A DNA stretch of 64,000 nt from a virus, in the IMG/VR virus record IMGVR_UViG_3300048999_000192, positions 32,001 through 96,000 of that record, one strand, 5' to 3'. The notes beneath the pieces are model-generated. The model had not been told where the DNA came from, did not search any database, and saw only the letters and a list, made by a program, of their open reading frames with translations. Below are positions 50,872 through 61,577 of the stretch, piece by piece (the stretch's first letter is position 1; every line of letters starts with the position of its first letter). The position numbers were made by a program, and so were the translations under genes.

Positions 50872-52792
50872 ATGGCAGAGGAGATGAAGTGGTCCTACGT
50901 CGTCACAGGCGTGGGCGAAAGGTACGGCCTGAACACCTGGGGCAAGGCCGTCGAGATCGCGGGAAACCTGATCAAGGGTGGCGACGTGGTCGGCATCCAC
51001 CCTGTGCCTACTCCCGAAGCACTGGAAGAGGCAATCACCATGACCAAGCGCTACCCCGCGAAGCAGTGGACCGGTGACAACCGGGACGACGTCCAGGAGT
51101 TCATCGGCGACCGCCAGATCGAGACCGTCATGGAGCACCCGGTCTCTGGCGAGAGGATGCTCTACGTGCACACCAGCGATGGCGTGCGGGCGGTGCCCCA
51201 GGGCAGCTACCTCGTGATCATGGAGGGCTCGCTGGAGTTCTTCACGGCCGAGGACATCGAGCAGATGGCAGGCATCTCGGTCGAGGACGCCTGAGGTGGG
51301 CTGGTCGCACGGGACTGACGTCTTCGACCCGGTGATCGAGCTCCTGACGGGCCAGGACAACCACTTCGGCTGGGTCATCAGCGACCCGGTGATCGAGGAG
51401 GTCGCCTACACGCTGCTCGACAAGCTCACCGGCGAGGCCGACTGGGACGACGTCGATGACAGCCTGGCCAGGTTCCAGGACTCCAAGCCCGTCGTCCGGG
51501 CGTTCAACCGGCTCGGCTGGCTGGCCCCCAACCAGTACGGCGATGACGGCCTGAGCAACATCGAGCTCCCCTGCCCCCACTGCAAGAAGCCCGTACGCGT
51601 CAACGAGTCCGGCGAGGCCGTGAAGCACGAGCCCGCCGAGGGTACATATCCCGGCCTGGTCGGCACCTGCTTCGGCTCGGGCCATCAATATCACTGGGGG
51701 TACTGATGGCCTGGACCCGGCACGGCTACTGGTTCGGTCCGCTCCCCGAGCCGACAGAGGACCCGCCGCTGCGCGCCCGCTGCGGTGGGCCGGGCATGTG
51801 CATCGACTGCATGCGCCAGGCCTACTCCGCCACGGTCGACGAGCTCGCCCAGCGCCGCAAGCAGGTGGAGGTGCTCACCGACATCGTGCGCCCGCTGGTC
51901 CCGCTGTGGGACGCCGAGAAGCACCTGGAGCCCGAGCGGTACCGCGAGCCCCTGGACGAGCGGCTGGAGTTCTACGCCAGCGAATACGAGGACCTGAGGG
52001 GAGAGCGTAAGTGACCGACCTGATCGGCCATGCCCGGCGCGAGCTGGAGCTGGCGCAGGAGAGCCCCGAGATGATCGAGGCCATCGTGAAGGTGATCGAG
52101 GCGTTCGTCACTGGCCCGCTGGTGACCGACGGCACCACCTCGGCGATGGCGGCGCAGATCATCCACCAGCTCCTCCGGCGCAGGCCCCTGACCCCTCTCA
52201 CCAACGACCCCGCCGAGTGGATCGAGCGCCTCGCCCCCAGCGGGGCCAAGATCTGGCAGAGCACGCGTACGCCCGAGGCGTTCAGCCCGGACGGCGGGAA
52301 GACCTACTGGTCGCTGGCCGAGGTCTCCCCCGAAGGCGAGCGCATCACGCGCCCCACGGCCGACAAGCCCGCCACGATGCGGCCCGCGAACATCCGCGAG
52401 GCTGCCCAGAAGATGTTCGCACAAGGAGAGGACGAAGAATGATCGGAAAGGTACTGGTAGGTACCGCTGCCGTCTTCGGCGCCGTGGTAGCGCTGGGCAG
52501 GACGGACCGGGGCCGGGAGCTCCTGCTGGCCGCCGACGCCAGGCTGCAGGACCTGGACGCCAGGCTCAAGGCCAAGGTCGAGGAGCAGGGCGGCAACGAC
52601 GCCGCCGAGAAGCTGGAAGAGACCGTCCGCAGGGCGGCCGAGCGCGCCGCTGCCTCGCTCGGCCTGAACCTGGACGACCTGAAGGTGTACGTGCAGGGTC
52701 ACCCCGACGAGAACCCCCAGCCGGACAAGGCCGACCCGCCGCGCAAGGACGAGCACGAGGCGGACACGGAGACCGGCGGCCTCGGAGGCTGA
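50872..52792 (+). CDS. Hypothetical genes (50872-51294, 51296-51706, 51706-52014, 52011-52442, 52439-52792)
   Basis: Coupled ORFs with phage-type small-protein motifs. Confidence 0.6.
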
Positions 52793-52958
52793 CCGGTAGA
52801 TAACAGATTGGCCGCCTCTGGCCACATTTCTCCGGCTTTACTTGGAGCAGGTGTTACGCTCCAAGGAGTCTTGGAGAGTGTGGCCGGGGGCGGTTCCGTC
52901 GGTGGACCCCGACGGAACATCCCGGCCGTCATCATCAACTCGATCGCGAGGTGGGCAG

Positions 52959-53309
52959 ATGAAGGGCCGGGACCAGCTCGAACAGCTCGTCAGGGATCAC
53001 ATCCCCGAGCTCGCACGCCGGGCGCGTGCGGGACTGAACTTCCGTCAGGCCGCACCCGATCAGCTCGGTGAGCTGATGGCCGACAAGATCGAGCAGGAGA
53101 TCGCCGAGCTGCGTGCGGCCGACAGCCGTGCCGAGCGCATCGACCGGCTGGCCGCCATGTACGAGCTGATCGAGCGCCTCGCCGCGCGCCAGAAGGTCAG
53201 CATGCCGGAGCTGGCCGTACGGGCCAAGGAGCTCGATCTGGACAAGGGCTCGTTCCGGCTCGGCATGGTCATGATCGGCAAGACCCCGAAGGAGGAGGAC
53301 CGTGGCTGA
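52959..53309 (+). CDS. Degenerate MazG/PRA-PH-like nucleotide pyrophosphohydrolase homologue
   Basis: QLVRDHIPE..DKIEQEIAEL..KGSF pattern; the second acidic motif is lost. Confidence 0.5.
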   Translation: MKGRDQLEQLVRDHIPELARRARAGLNFRQAAPDQLGELMADKIEQEIAELRAADSRAERIDRLAAMYELIERLAARQKVSMPELAVRAKELDLDKGSFRLGMVMIGKTPKEEDRG

Positions 53310-55327
53310 AGAGCCCGACGAGATCAAGCCGATGACGCCGGAGCAGGTCGCTCTGCTGATGAAGAACCCCGAGATCCTGAAGGGTCTGCAGAAGCTGTTC
53401 GGCCGTCTCGGGCCGCCGCCGGGCATCGTCGAGGACCTGACCATGGCGACCGAGGAGGAGCGCAACCGGTTCACCGAGTGGTACCGCGAGCGCGGCCCCC
53501 GTTCCGACTGGTGCTGGAGCGACGAGGTACCCGCCCCCGACCGGCCCGTTTACACCAACCCCGCGACGGGTGACCGCTGGCACTTCGACGGCAGGCTCTA
53601 CTACGTCGACTTCGCCCCGCGTCAGCATCCCGAGCCGATGTACGACGACTTCGCCGAGGCCAAGCGGCTCACCGCCCAGCTCCTGCACGGCTACCCGCCC
53701 AAGCCCATGCTGCCCGGGTTCGTCTGCGACTGCGGGGACAAGGCCTGCAACGCCGGTCTGGTCGTGACCGACTGATGATCCGCGAGGAGAAGTTCGTCCT
53801 GTCCAAGCGCCCGTACGCCGTGGATCTCAACAGCTTCCGCGAGACCGACTGGGGCAACCAGTTCTCGATCAATGCCGTCTGGTTCCGGCGGCGGCGGAGC
53901 CAGGTCGGCCTGCCGATCCGTACGGTCGCCTGCATCGGTGATCTGTCCACCTTCGGAGTGGACCACCCCGAGACCGCCATCGACTTCATGGAGCGCTACA
54001 CCGACGGCCGGTATGGCGGCAACTGCATCGGCCGCTGGGACGGTGAGGGCTATTGGGGCGACGAGCGCCCCCACGTCCAGGCCGAGCACCTGAAGATCCT
54101 CCAGCCGATGCTGGAGAACTACCCCGAGCTGCCGCCGGGCCATGACGGCTGGTGGCGCTTCGAGACCCGCAAGGAGCTGTACGGATGAGTCATATCCGCA
54201 TCGAGCGCGCAGCTCCGGACGGGCCGGTGCTGCGCGTCATCATGAACAGCGTCGTCTACGACGTGGCCGAGGGGCACCCGCTCGCGGAAGGCATGGTCGA
54301 GGTCCTCACCGTCGCCCCGCACCAGGGGACGCCGACCGAGACCGCCCGGCTGGCCGAGATCCGCAGGAACCATCTCTTCGAGCAGCAGATGCTCAGCGTC
54401 AAGAGGCGGGACGACTACTCCACCCAGGCCTCGGTCGACCGCGCCGACCTGCTGGCCATCCTGGACAAGGTGATGGGGATCGTCGGCGACTGGTGCGTGG
54501 AGTCCAACACCTCCGGCGGCATCGACGCGGGTGATCTGTCCTGGCGTCTGGAGGAGGCGGGCTACCCGCTCTGGGACGGCGACGACGATGAGTGATCTGC
54601 TCACCGAGGTCGCCTTCGCATTGACGCAGGAGCACTACCGGCGCTCCTGGCTGCAGATCGAAGCCTCCCCCGAGGATCACTCCAAGGCCATGGCCGAGGT
54701 GGCGCTGGCCACCATCGCCGACAAGCTGGAGGCACCGGACTCGGACCTGTGCGACTGCGCCTGGCTCGAAGACCGGTCGGCGTCCACGCCGCCGATCAGC
54801 CCCCGGACCGGGATCAAGATGGCCCATCACTGCGAGTGCACGGCCGTGACGGCGTCCCGCGCAGTACGGCGCGGCGCGGCGACGCTGCACGAGCAGGAGT
54901 GCAGTTGTGGCGAATGAGATCAAGGGCTGGGCGGCAACCCTGGCCGCCCTCATGCTCGAAGGCGCGATGGATCACGAGAATCACCGCGAGAAGTTCCCCG
55001 ACGAGGAGACGTTCGAGGCGGTGATGAGTGAGCTGGGGGCTATCGCTCGCCGCCTGCGCGGGCGGGGGAGTGACCTGCCGCCGGGTGCGCCCTTCCGCTG
55101 GCACGACCAGCCGACCGGAGAATGGTGGGACCGTGGCGGACCTCTGTGAAATCCCGCACCCCGATCACCCCGAGGTGCTCTGCGACAAGCCCAAGCCCTG
55201 CTACGCCTACTGCTGCAACTCCGAGCACCACCTGACGTGGAACGACCGGCCGATCCCCGGTGACAAGAGGCCTGACCCCGCGCGCATGGTCGACCTCGTG
55301 CAGACGATTCGCCGGTACAACCGCTGA
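53302..55327 (+). CDS. Hypothetical genes (53302-53775, 53775-54188, 54185-54595, 54588-54917, 54907-55149, 55133-55327)
   Basis: Coupled ORFs. Confidence 0.6.
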
Positions 55328-55332
55328 CCCCT

Positions 55333-55368
55333 GCTGTCCCTCCCACGCTGCCTCCCCGGAAGAGGTGA
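55333..55368 (+). promoter_or_regulatory. Candidate late promoter GCTGTC-N20-GAAGAGGTGA
   Basis: Boxes and spacing identical to the copy at 16602. Confidence 0.55.
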
Positions 55369-55387
55369 GCGAGGGAGGGATCTGCAT

Positions 55388-57337
55388 ATGGGCGCAGAAG
55401 CGGTCAGGCGGCTACGCACCGCCGAGGGCCCAGAGCCCGGCGACGAGCCGACCGCTGAACCCATGCGCGCACAGCGCCGTGGACGCTCTAAGCCCTCCCG
55501 GGAGGACCTGAGGGTCCGGAACCGCACGCGACGCTCGTACGAGACGCCTCAGGCCCGTACGGCCGCCCTCCGCTGCCTCGCCTGCGGCTGCACCGGTCCC
55601 GCCGCCGACCGCTGTGCCGCCTGCGGCTCACTGGCCGTCCAGGCCAACTGGGAGACCGCCCTCGGCCACGGCACCGAGCGCCAGACCGACTGGGACGATG
55701 TCACCCAGGGCTGGAACATGGATCACGCCCGTATCCACCGGGCGATCACACTGCACCCCAGCTCCGACGTCTACGACAAGATCGAGGACCCCGACGTCCC
55801 GGACGAGGAGAAGGCCCAGCACCTGCTGAGCCACCTGCAGAACGGCGGGCGCTCCCTCGGTCGGCACTGGTCGACGGACCTGGACCACGCCAAGCGCGTC
55901 GCGCGGGACGAGGGCTGGTCGGCGATCGGCAACAACTCCTCCGACGACGAGGAGAACGAGTACAAGCTCCCGCTGTCGGTCATGGTGCACGCCAAGTTCC
56001 CCGAGCGGCACCACATCGAGACCGACCCCAGCGTGCTGGAGGAGCACCACGTCACCCCGTGGGGCGGCTCGGAGCACTTCAGCGACGAGTCCGAGGTCCC
56101 GCTGAAGCCGGACGCCAAGGTGCACGTGACGGGGCTGTCCTGGTCGACCAAGACCAACCCGCACCCCAGCGAGTGGACGACCCACCGTTACGACAAGGAC
56201 ACCGAGGCGCACGAGCAGGCGCAGGAGTCCGCGCGCCAGGAGCGCATGGACAACCTGAAGAAGAGCTTCAAGCACGAGGGCAAGCTGGCCAGCGGTGCGT
56301 TCCACGCCCAGCTCCCTCCAGATGCGCACGCGCGGGTGGTGGATGAGAGCCGCCCTGCCGGTGAGAGGGCCAAAGAGCTGCTCGACCACCTGGGCCAGGG
56401 CCACGGCAGCATCCACTGGAGCGAGGGCGCGACCAGCATGCCGCTGGGTCAGGCCAAGATGAGCGCCAACGCGCTGCACCGCAAGACGGGATCGCCAGCG
56501 ATCAGCGGGGAGCTGCGGGGGGTGACCCCCGAGGGCACGACCAAGTACGACGCGGAGCACGGCCTGTCGGGGATCAACCTGCCCATCCACGCGATGCGGT
56601 GGCAGGAGAGCGCACCCGAGCACCCGTACAAGTCGACCGAGCACGAGCACGAGTTTGGGAAGCCGATGACCCATCAGGCTCTGGTACTCGACTGTGAGGC
56701 CTGCGGCCACATGAGCCGTACGGCCTCCTCACGCTGCCGCGCCTGCGGGTCGCTCGCGCTCAAGACGGCCACCGTGCTGATGACCCAGATCGAGCGGGCC
56801 AACCCCGGCGACCAGATGCGCACCCCGCAGGGGCAGTCGGTGCACGTCAAGAAGATCCGCCCGCACGAGACCGACAACACCAAGGTCTACGTGGACACCG
56901 ACCTGGGCACCGCCGTGATGAGCCGTGGCACCGAGGTCAACCTCACCCAGGGGGAGCGCCAGCAGGAGCTCCCTAACTCGGGCAACCCCAGCGGCAACGC
57001 GGGCATGCTGCCCGGCGCCGGGCGCACACCGACGGGAGAGGGTGACGCCGGAGGCGGCGGCTACGCGGCACCACGCTGCCCGCGCGATGGCACCAAGATG
57101 GTCCAGCGCGGGAACACCTGGATCTGCCCCATCGACAACACCACCGCACCACTGTCCTCGGCTCCCGCCGGGATGCAGCCGACCAACCGCGAGACGGGCC
57201 AGATCCTGACCCGCTCGCCAGGACGCAAGCCCCCGCAGACACACCTGTGGGCCACCTATCACACAGCCGGACAGCCTCCGGCGATCGTCCGGCGGGCACG
57301 GCAGGTGCTCGACACCATGGAGGAGATTCGATCGTGA
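55388..57337 (+). CDS. Multidomain protein: Zn ribbons, ART-like domains paralogous to those of the giant ORF, and others
   Basis: IHRA..GRHWSTD..HAKFP..DESEVP..VHVTGLSW; CxxC..CxxC twice; CPRDG..CPID. Confidence 0.75.
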   Translation: MGAEAVRRLRTAEGPEPGDEPTAEPMRAQRRGRSKPSREDLRVRNRTRRSYETPQARTAALRCLACGCTGPAADRCAACGSLAVQANWETALGHGTERQTDWDDVTQGWNMDHARIHRAITLHPSSDVYDKIEDPDVPDEEKAQHLLSHLQNGGRSLGRHWSTDLDHAKRVARDEGWSAIGNNSSDDEENEYKLPLSVMVHAKFPERHHIETDPSVLEEHHVTPWGGSEHFSDESEVPLKPDAKVHVTGLSWSTKTNPHPSEWTTHRYDKDTEAHEQAQESARQERMDNLKKSFKHEGKLASGAFHAQLPPDAHARVVDESRPAGERAKELLDHLGQGHGSIHWSEGATSMPLGQAKMSANALHRKTGSPAISGELRGVTPEGTTKYDAEHGLSGINLPIHAMRWQESAPEHPYKSTEHEHEFGKPMTHQALVLDCEACGHMSRTASSRCRACGSLALKTATVLMTQIERANPGDQMRTPQGQSVHVKKIRPHETDNTKVYVDTDLGTAVMSRGTEVNLTQGERQQELPNSGNPSGNAGMLPGAGRTPTGEGDAGGGGYAAPRCPRDGTKMVQRGNTWICPIDNTTAPLSSAPAGMQPTNRETGQILTRSPGRKPPQTHLWATYHTAGQPPAIVRRARQVLDTMEEIRS

Positions 57338-59523
57338 ACAAGCGCGCAAGCCTTGTCCAGGCGATCACGGCGGCGGGCACCTTCCAGGAGCAGGCCGCCC
57401 TCGTCGCACGACTGGCCGAGCACGACCGCCTCGCGGTCGAGGCGGCCCGCCAGGACCGCGAGTGGGGCACGGCCGGGACCATCGTCGAGCAGACGATGAC
57501 TCCGGTCGCGGTGCACGAGCGCCACACCGCCGCCACCGACTGGATCGGCGACCTGGACACCTCGGGTGGCAACTACCACCAGGAGATCTGCGCGGAGGCC
57601 AGCCTCTGGTACGGCCGGGTCAACGCGATGGTCAAGGGCGACGGCGAGGAGTTCGCCGAGCAGGCGCGCGGCATGGCGCGGCGCACCGCCGGGAAGTACG
57701 GGGAGTCGGCCGACGCCGCCGCCCAGACCTTCCTGGACTACGTCGCGTTCCTGCGCTCCAAGGAGGCGGCCAGCGGCCTGCCCCAGATCGACCAGGAGTT
57801 CGACCCCAAGGACAACCCGGCACCGACCCCGCTGCCGACCGAGACCTTCCCGACCTTCGGGCCGGACGTCCACCCGATCAACGAGGGCGTGGACGGCCCG
57901 CGCACCGGCTCGCCGCTGATCGACGAGATCGAGGGCTACGGCGCCCCGTACGGTCAGGGCGAGGAGAAGCCGGGTGGCCACTCCACCTCCATGGACGAGT
58001 CCGGCAGCTACGCCGAGGTGCCGCTGGGCGCGCCGGGGCAGATCCCGACCGAGGAGTACAGCAAGACCTCGGCGCTGATCGACGCACCGACCGTGGCCAT
58101 CGGCTACGAGATGAACCTGGACGACTACCGGGCCGAGCTGCAGCGTCAGGCGGCGGCCCAGGCCGGTGGTGCCGCCCCTTTCGTCCGTGAGGCCAGGTCG
58201 GCCGAGGACGATGCCCGTCGCCAGGCGTACGGGGACGACGAGACCGAGGATGACAGCCCGGCCTCCAAGGAGGACGACGCGCGCCGTCAGGCGTATGAGA
58301 AGGAGGCCGCGTCCAGCCTGCCGACTCAGCACCAGGTGATCGACCCCAACAACATGCCGACGCCGGAGGCCGACACCTTCAACACCGAGGTGGCCTTCCC
58401 GCTGAACCCGGCCTTCGACAAGCAGGTCAAGAGCGAGGAGCTGCCGCCCGCCGAGAACGTGGCGCAGGCCAAGCGCCGGGCGTTCGTGGCCGGTCTGCTG
58501 GCGCGGGAGCCGAAGACCTGGTCCCCGGTCGAGCGTGCCGAGGTGGCCGACTTCCTGTCCAAGGCGGCCGGGCTCACCAAGCAGGCGGATGAGTTCTCGG
58601 CACCTCACGATGTGCCAGCTAGCGAGACGCCGGTTGGCAACTCGGCCAACACCACCCCGCAGCCTTCCTCTGGCTCCTACGCCAAGGGGCAGACCGACGG
58701 GGCGGCCGACCGTGCCGCCGGTGAGGCCCCGACCTTCTCGGACGCCTCCTCGGGCGCGAGCGACTACGTCAAGGGCTACAGCGAGGCCTACAGCGGCGCG
58801 CAGGGCGCCTCTGTGCCCCAGGACGTACCGGTCTCGATGGGCGGCGACAACGGGCAGATGCAGAACGCTGCGGACTCCCAGAACGCCGCGCAGACGGCCA
58901 TGGCGGCCAAGACGGCGACCATCAAGAGCCCGTTCAGCGGCCTGGTGCGCGAGGCGAGCCTGAGCACGCCGGACTTCGTCAAGGGCTTCAACTTCGCCCG
59001 CAACTGGAAGCCCGGCCAGCGGCTGGTCGCCACCGGCTCGGCGGAGTTCGAGGAGGGCCTGTACGCGGGCATCACCGAGCGCCCGAAGCTGCAGGCCTCC
59101 TGGGTCGTGGCGCACCGTAAGGCGGCCAAGGCCCTGAACAAGCCCGAGCTGATGAAGCGCATCAGCATCCACGAGCGCGTCACCCGCCGCTTCGCCCGCA
59201 AGAACCCCAGCGCTCTGGTGCGGGGCTTCTACGTGCAGGCGGGGACGTCCACCGACCTGCTGACCATGGGCCCTGGCGCGAGCCCGGACCCGATGGGCGG
59301 CACGCCGATCAATGGGCCCGGCACCCCGCCGCCCATGGAAGGCGGCACCGACCCGGCGCGGCCGGGTGGGCCCGCGATGTACAACGGCGCGCCGCCGTAC
59401 GGCTCGCCGGTCGCTCCGGACCCGGTGATGGGCCAGCAGGGCACGCCGGACGCCGCGCAGCGCCAGGCGGCGTTCCGCACGGTCGTCCAGGCCGAGCTCA
59501 AGAAGATGCAGGAGGCATCGTGA
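57334..59523 (+). CDS. Putative virion/head-associated protein with internal repeats
   Basis: GGAGGAG RBS + GTG; repeated KEAAS(G/S)LP..DP..TP..FP and EDDARRQAY; Pro/Gly-rich. Confidence 0.55.
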   Translation: MNKRASLVQAITAAGTFQEQAALVARLAEHDRLAVEAARQDREWGTAGTIVEQTMTPVAVHERHTAATDWIGDLDTSGGNYHQEICAEASLWYGRVNAMVKGDGEEFAEQARGMARRTAGKYGESADAAAQTFLDYVAFLRSKEAASGLPQIDQEFDPKDNPAPTPLPTETFPTFGPDVHPINEGVDGPRTGSPLIDEIEGYGAPYGQGEEKPGGHSTSMDESGSYAEVPLGAPGQIPTEEYSKTSALIDAPTVAIGYEMNLDDYRAELQRQAAAQAGGAAPFVREARSAEDDARRQAYGDDETEDDSPASKEDDARRQAYEKEAASSLPTQHQVIDPNNMPTPEADTFNTEVAFPLNPAFDKQVKSEELPPAENVAQAKRRAFVAGLLAREPKTWSPVERAEVADFLSKAAGLTKQADEFSAPHDVPASETPVGNSANTTPQPSSGSYAKGQTDGAADRAAGEAPTFSDASSGASDYVKGYSEAYSGAQGASVPQDVPVSMGGDNGQMQNAADSQNAAQTAMAAKTATIKSPFSGLVREASLSTPDFVKGFNFARNWKPGQRLVATGSAEFEEGLYAGITERPKLQASWVVAHRKAAKALNKPELMKRISIHERVTRRFARKNPSALVRGFYVQAGTSTDLLTMGPGASPDPMGGTPINGPGTPPPMEGGTDPARPGGPAMYNGAPPYGSPVAPDPVMGQQGTPDAAQRQAAFRTVVQAELKKMQEAS

Positions 59524-60794
59524 CGACCGATCAGTTCGCGTCCCTGTGGACCGAGGCCTCCCGGGACGTGGAGCGCGAGAACGCGCTGCGTGCCGAGGCC
59601 CTGGCCAGTGCCAAGCTGGGCGCGGTTTGGCCCTTCTTCGCCCTGGCGCAGTCCAAGCCGGAGCTGGAGCATCGCAAGGCGCTGGCACGTGAGTCCCTGG
59701 AGGAGATCGCGGCCAGCACCGGCCTGCCGCTGGCCCGCATCGCCGAGATCATCGACCAGCACTTCACCCTGCTCGCCGAGGCCCGCATGTCCAAGCAGGC
59801 CGAGGAAGAGGAGGGCGGCCAGTGGGAGGTCGTCGACAAGGCTACGGACGCAAAGGTCGCAGGCCCTTTCGATGATCGGGAGAAGGCACAAGAGGCCATC
59901 GCGGACAACGACTCCGGGCTGCCTTCTTCCGAGCTGAAGATCGTGCCGGTGAACGAGTCCGAGGACGAGGGCGAGGAGAAAGAGGCCAGCCTCCGTCACC
60001 AGGCCATCCCCGAGGGCGAGAACATCCTGGCCGAGACGGTCAACGACGCCTCTGGTGCCTTCCCGGCCTCGGTCGAGAAGCTGCCCGAGCACGATGAGGG
60101 CCCGGACGCCAACATCCCGCCGGAGGCCTACTCCACGGTCAGCATGCCCCAGCCGGGCGACTCGGGTGCGAGCAACCCGCAGTCCATGGCGGTCAAGATC
60201 GACATGAGCGTGGCCGAGGCGCGCAAGATCATGCAGCTCGCACTCACCGGCAGTCGTAAGACCGCCGTCGGCGAGTACGTCGACCCGTCCCAGCAGCAGG
60301 GTCAGCAGGCCCCGATGCCGGACGCGCCGGAGTCGGCCACCGGGATGGACACCGGCATGCCGCCGGAGGGCCAGCCGACTCCGGGCCAGGATCCGGGTGG
60401 CCAGGTCGCCACCGACCCCTACCCGATGACCACCAAGCCCGCCCAGCAGCCTGGCGCGCCGGGCGGCGGCGGGGACATGGGCGGGGACACCGAGGGGGAC
60501 GGCGGAGACCCCGTCTCGGACCAGATCGACCAGGTCACCTCGGCGATTCGCAGGGACAACCCCGGGGTCAGCACGTCGGTCGCCAGGCGGGTCGCCCGCC
60601 AGGCCGTGGCCAAGATGCTGACGGCCGCCGGGAGCGACGGGATCGACTACACCCACCCGACGATCCCCAAGGCCGCCCCGGCGGGCGGCGAGGAGGACGA
60701 GGACGAGAGCCTGGCCGGTCACGCCGCCGAGACGGCCGGAGCCGGTGCCGCCCTGAAGGTCCTGCCCAAGGTTCTTCCGCTACTCGCCCTGTAG
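59520..60794 (+). CDS. Putative virion/scaffold-like acidic protein
   Basis: GGAGG RBS, helical N-terminus, acidic low-complexity remainder, KQA/KEA/KTA motifs. Confidence 0.5.
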   Translation: MTTDQFASLWTEASRDVERENALRAEALASAKLGAVWPFFALAQSKPELEHRKALARESLEEIAASTGLPLARIAEIIDQHFTLLAEARMSKQAEEEEGGQWEVVDKATDAKVAGPFDDREKAQEAIADNDSGLPSSELKIVPVNESEDEGEEKEASLRHQAIPEGENILAETVNDASGAFPASVEKLPEHDEGPDANIPPEAYSTVSMPQPGDSGASNPQSMAVKIDMSVAEARKIMQLALTGSRKTAVGEYVDPSQQQGQQAPMPDAPESATGMDTGMPPEGQPTPGQDPGGQVATDPYPMTTKPAQQPGAPGGGGDMGGDTEGDGGDPVSDQIDQVTSAIRRDNPGVSTSVARRVARQAVAKMLTAAGSDGIDYTHPTIPKAAPAGGEEDEDESLAGHAAETAGAGAALKVLPKVLPLLAL

Positions 60795-60802
60795 GAGATG
60801 AC

Positions 60803-61291
60803 GTGCTCGACGGACTGACCGTGGCCTATGCCGGGCAGCCGGGTGACCTCCAGCCCGGGGACCGTGGTGAGGTGCTCAGCGCCGACTATCAGTACGCCCA
60901 CGTGCTTTGGCACACCGGGGCGCTGACCGGTCAGGTCCGTCTGCACGACACCGGTGATCTCGACCTGAGCCCCTCCATGGTCTCGCCGGTCGCCCGCCAT
61001 ATCGAGGCGAGCCTGGACGACTCCCTGGAGGTCGGCTCGATCGAGATCACCTCGGCCCGCCAGACCTATGACTCCTCAGGCCCGGCGGGCGTACTGGAGC
61101 AGATGTCGCTGGGCGGCCAGCTCGACCAGCTCTCCGACATCGGGGACGAGGTCTACACTCTCGTGACGAGCCGGGTCAGGACGAGCCCGTACGTCCGCAC
61201 CATCACGGCCCAGCTCGATGAAGAAGAGGCCGAAGAGGTCGTGCGGATGACCTCGGCCGCGTTGCTCCAGGGCCTGCTGGCCGAGGAGTAG
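60803..61291 (+). CDS. Hypothetical protein (late cluster)
   Basis: AGGAG RBS; SH3-like N-terminus (PGDRGEV). Confidence 0.6.
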   Translation: MLDGLTVAYAGQPGDLQPGDRGEVLSADYQYAHVLWHTGALTGQVRLHDTGDLDLSPSMVSPVARHIEASLDDSLEVGSIEITSARQTYDSSGPAGVLEQMSLGGQLDQLSDIGDEVYTLVTSRVRTSPYVRTITAQLDEEEAEEVVRMTSAALLQGLLAEE

Positions 61292-61315
61292 CGCCCGATC
61301 TCCCCCGGAGGACCT

Positions 61316-61471
61316 ATGACCAAGTGCATGTACGACAGCTCGATCACCTGCGGCAAGAACTGCAGCAACTGCCCCGGCGGTCGGGCGCGGGTGCAGGTCG
61401 TCCCGTATCGCAAGTCGCGCTGGAGCATCGACGCCGTCTGCGTCGAGGTGGGCGTGTTCGAGCTCCGCTAG
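61316..61471 (+). CDS. Cys-rich peptide fused to a DUF397-like motif (51 aa)
   Basis: GGAGG RBS; ..YRKSRWSIDAVCVEVG; absent from the ORF track. Confidence 0.6.
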   Translation: MTKCMYDSSITCGKNCSNCPGGRARVQVVPYRKSRWSIDAVCVEVGVFELR

Positions 61472-61480
61472 GCTCGGGTC

Positions 61481-61570
61481 ATGATCGTCATCACCGAACC
61501 GTTCCGCAAGAGCGAGATCTCCTCCCAGGGCGCTGACTGCGTCGAGGTGGCTCGCGCCGAAGTACGCTGA
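61481..61570 (+). CDS. Truncated DUF397-like peptide (29 aa)
   Basis: FRKSEISSQGADCVEVA; absent from the ORF track. Confidence 0.65.
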   Translation: MIVITEPFRKSEISSQGADCVEVARAEVR

Positions 61571-61577
61571 CGAGCGG

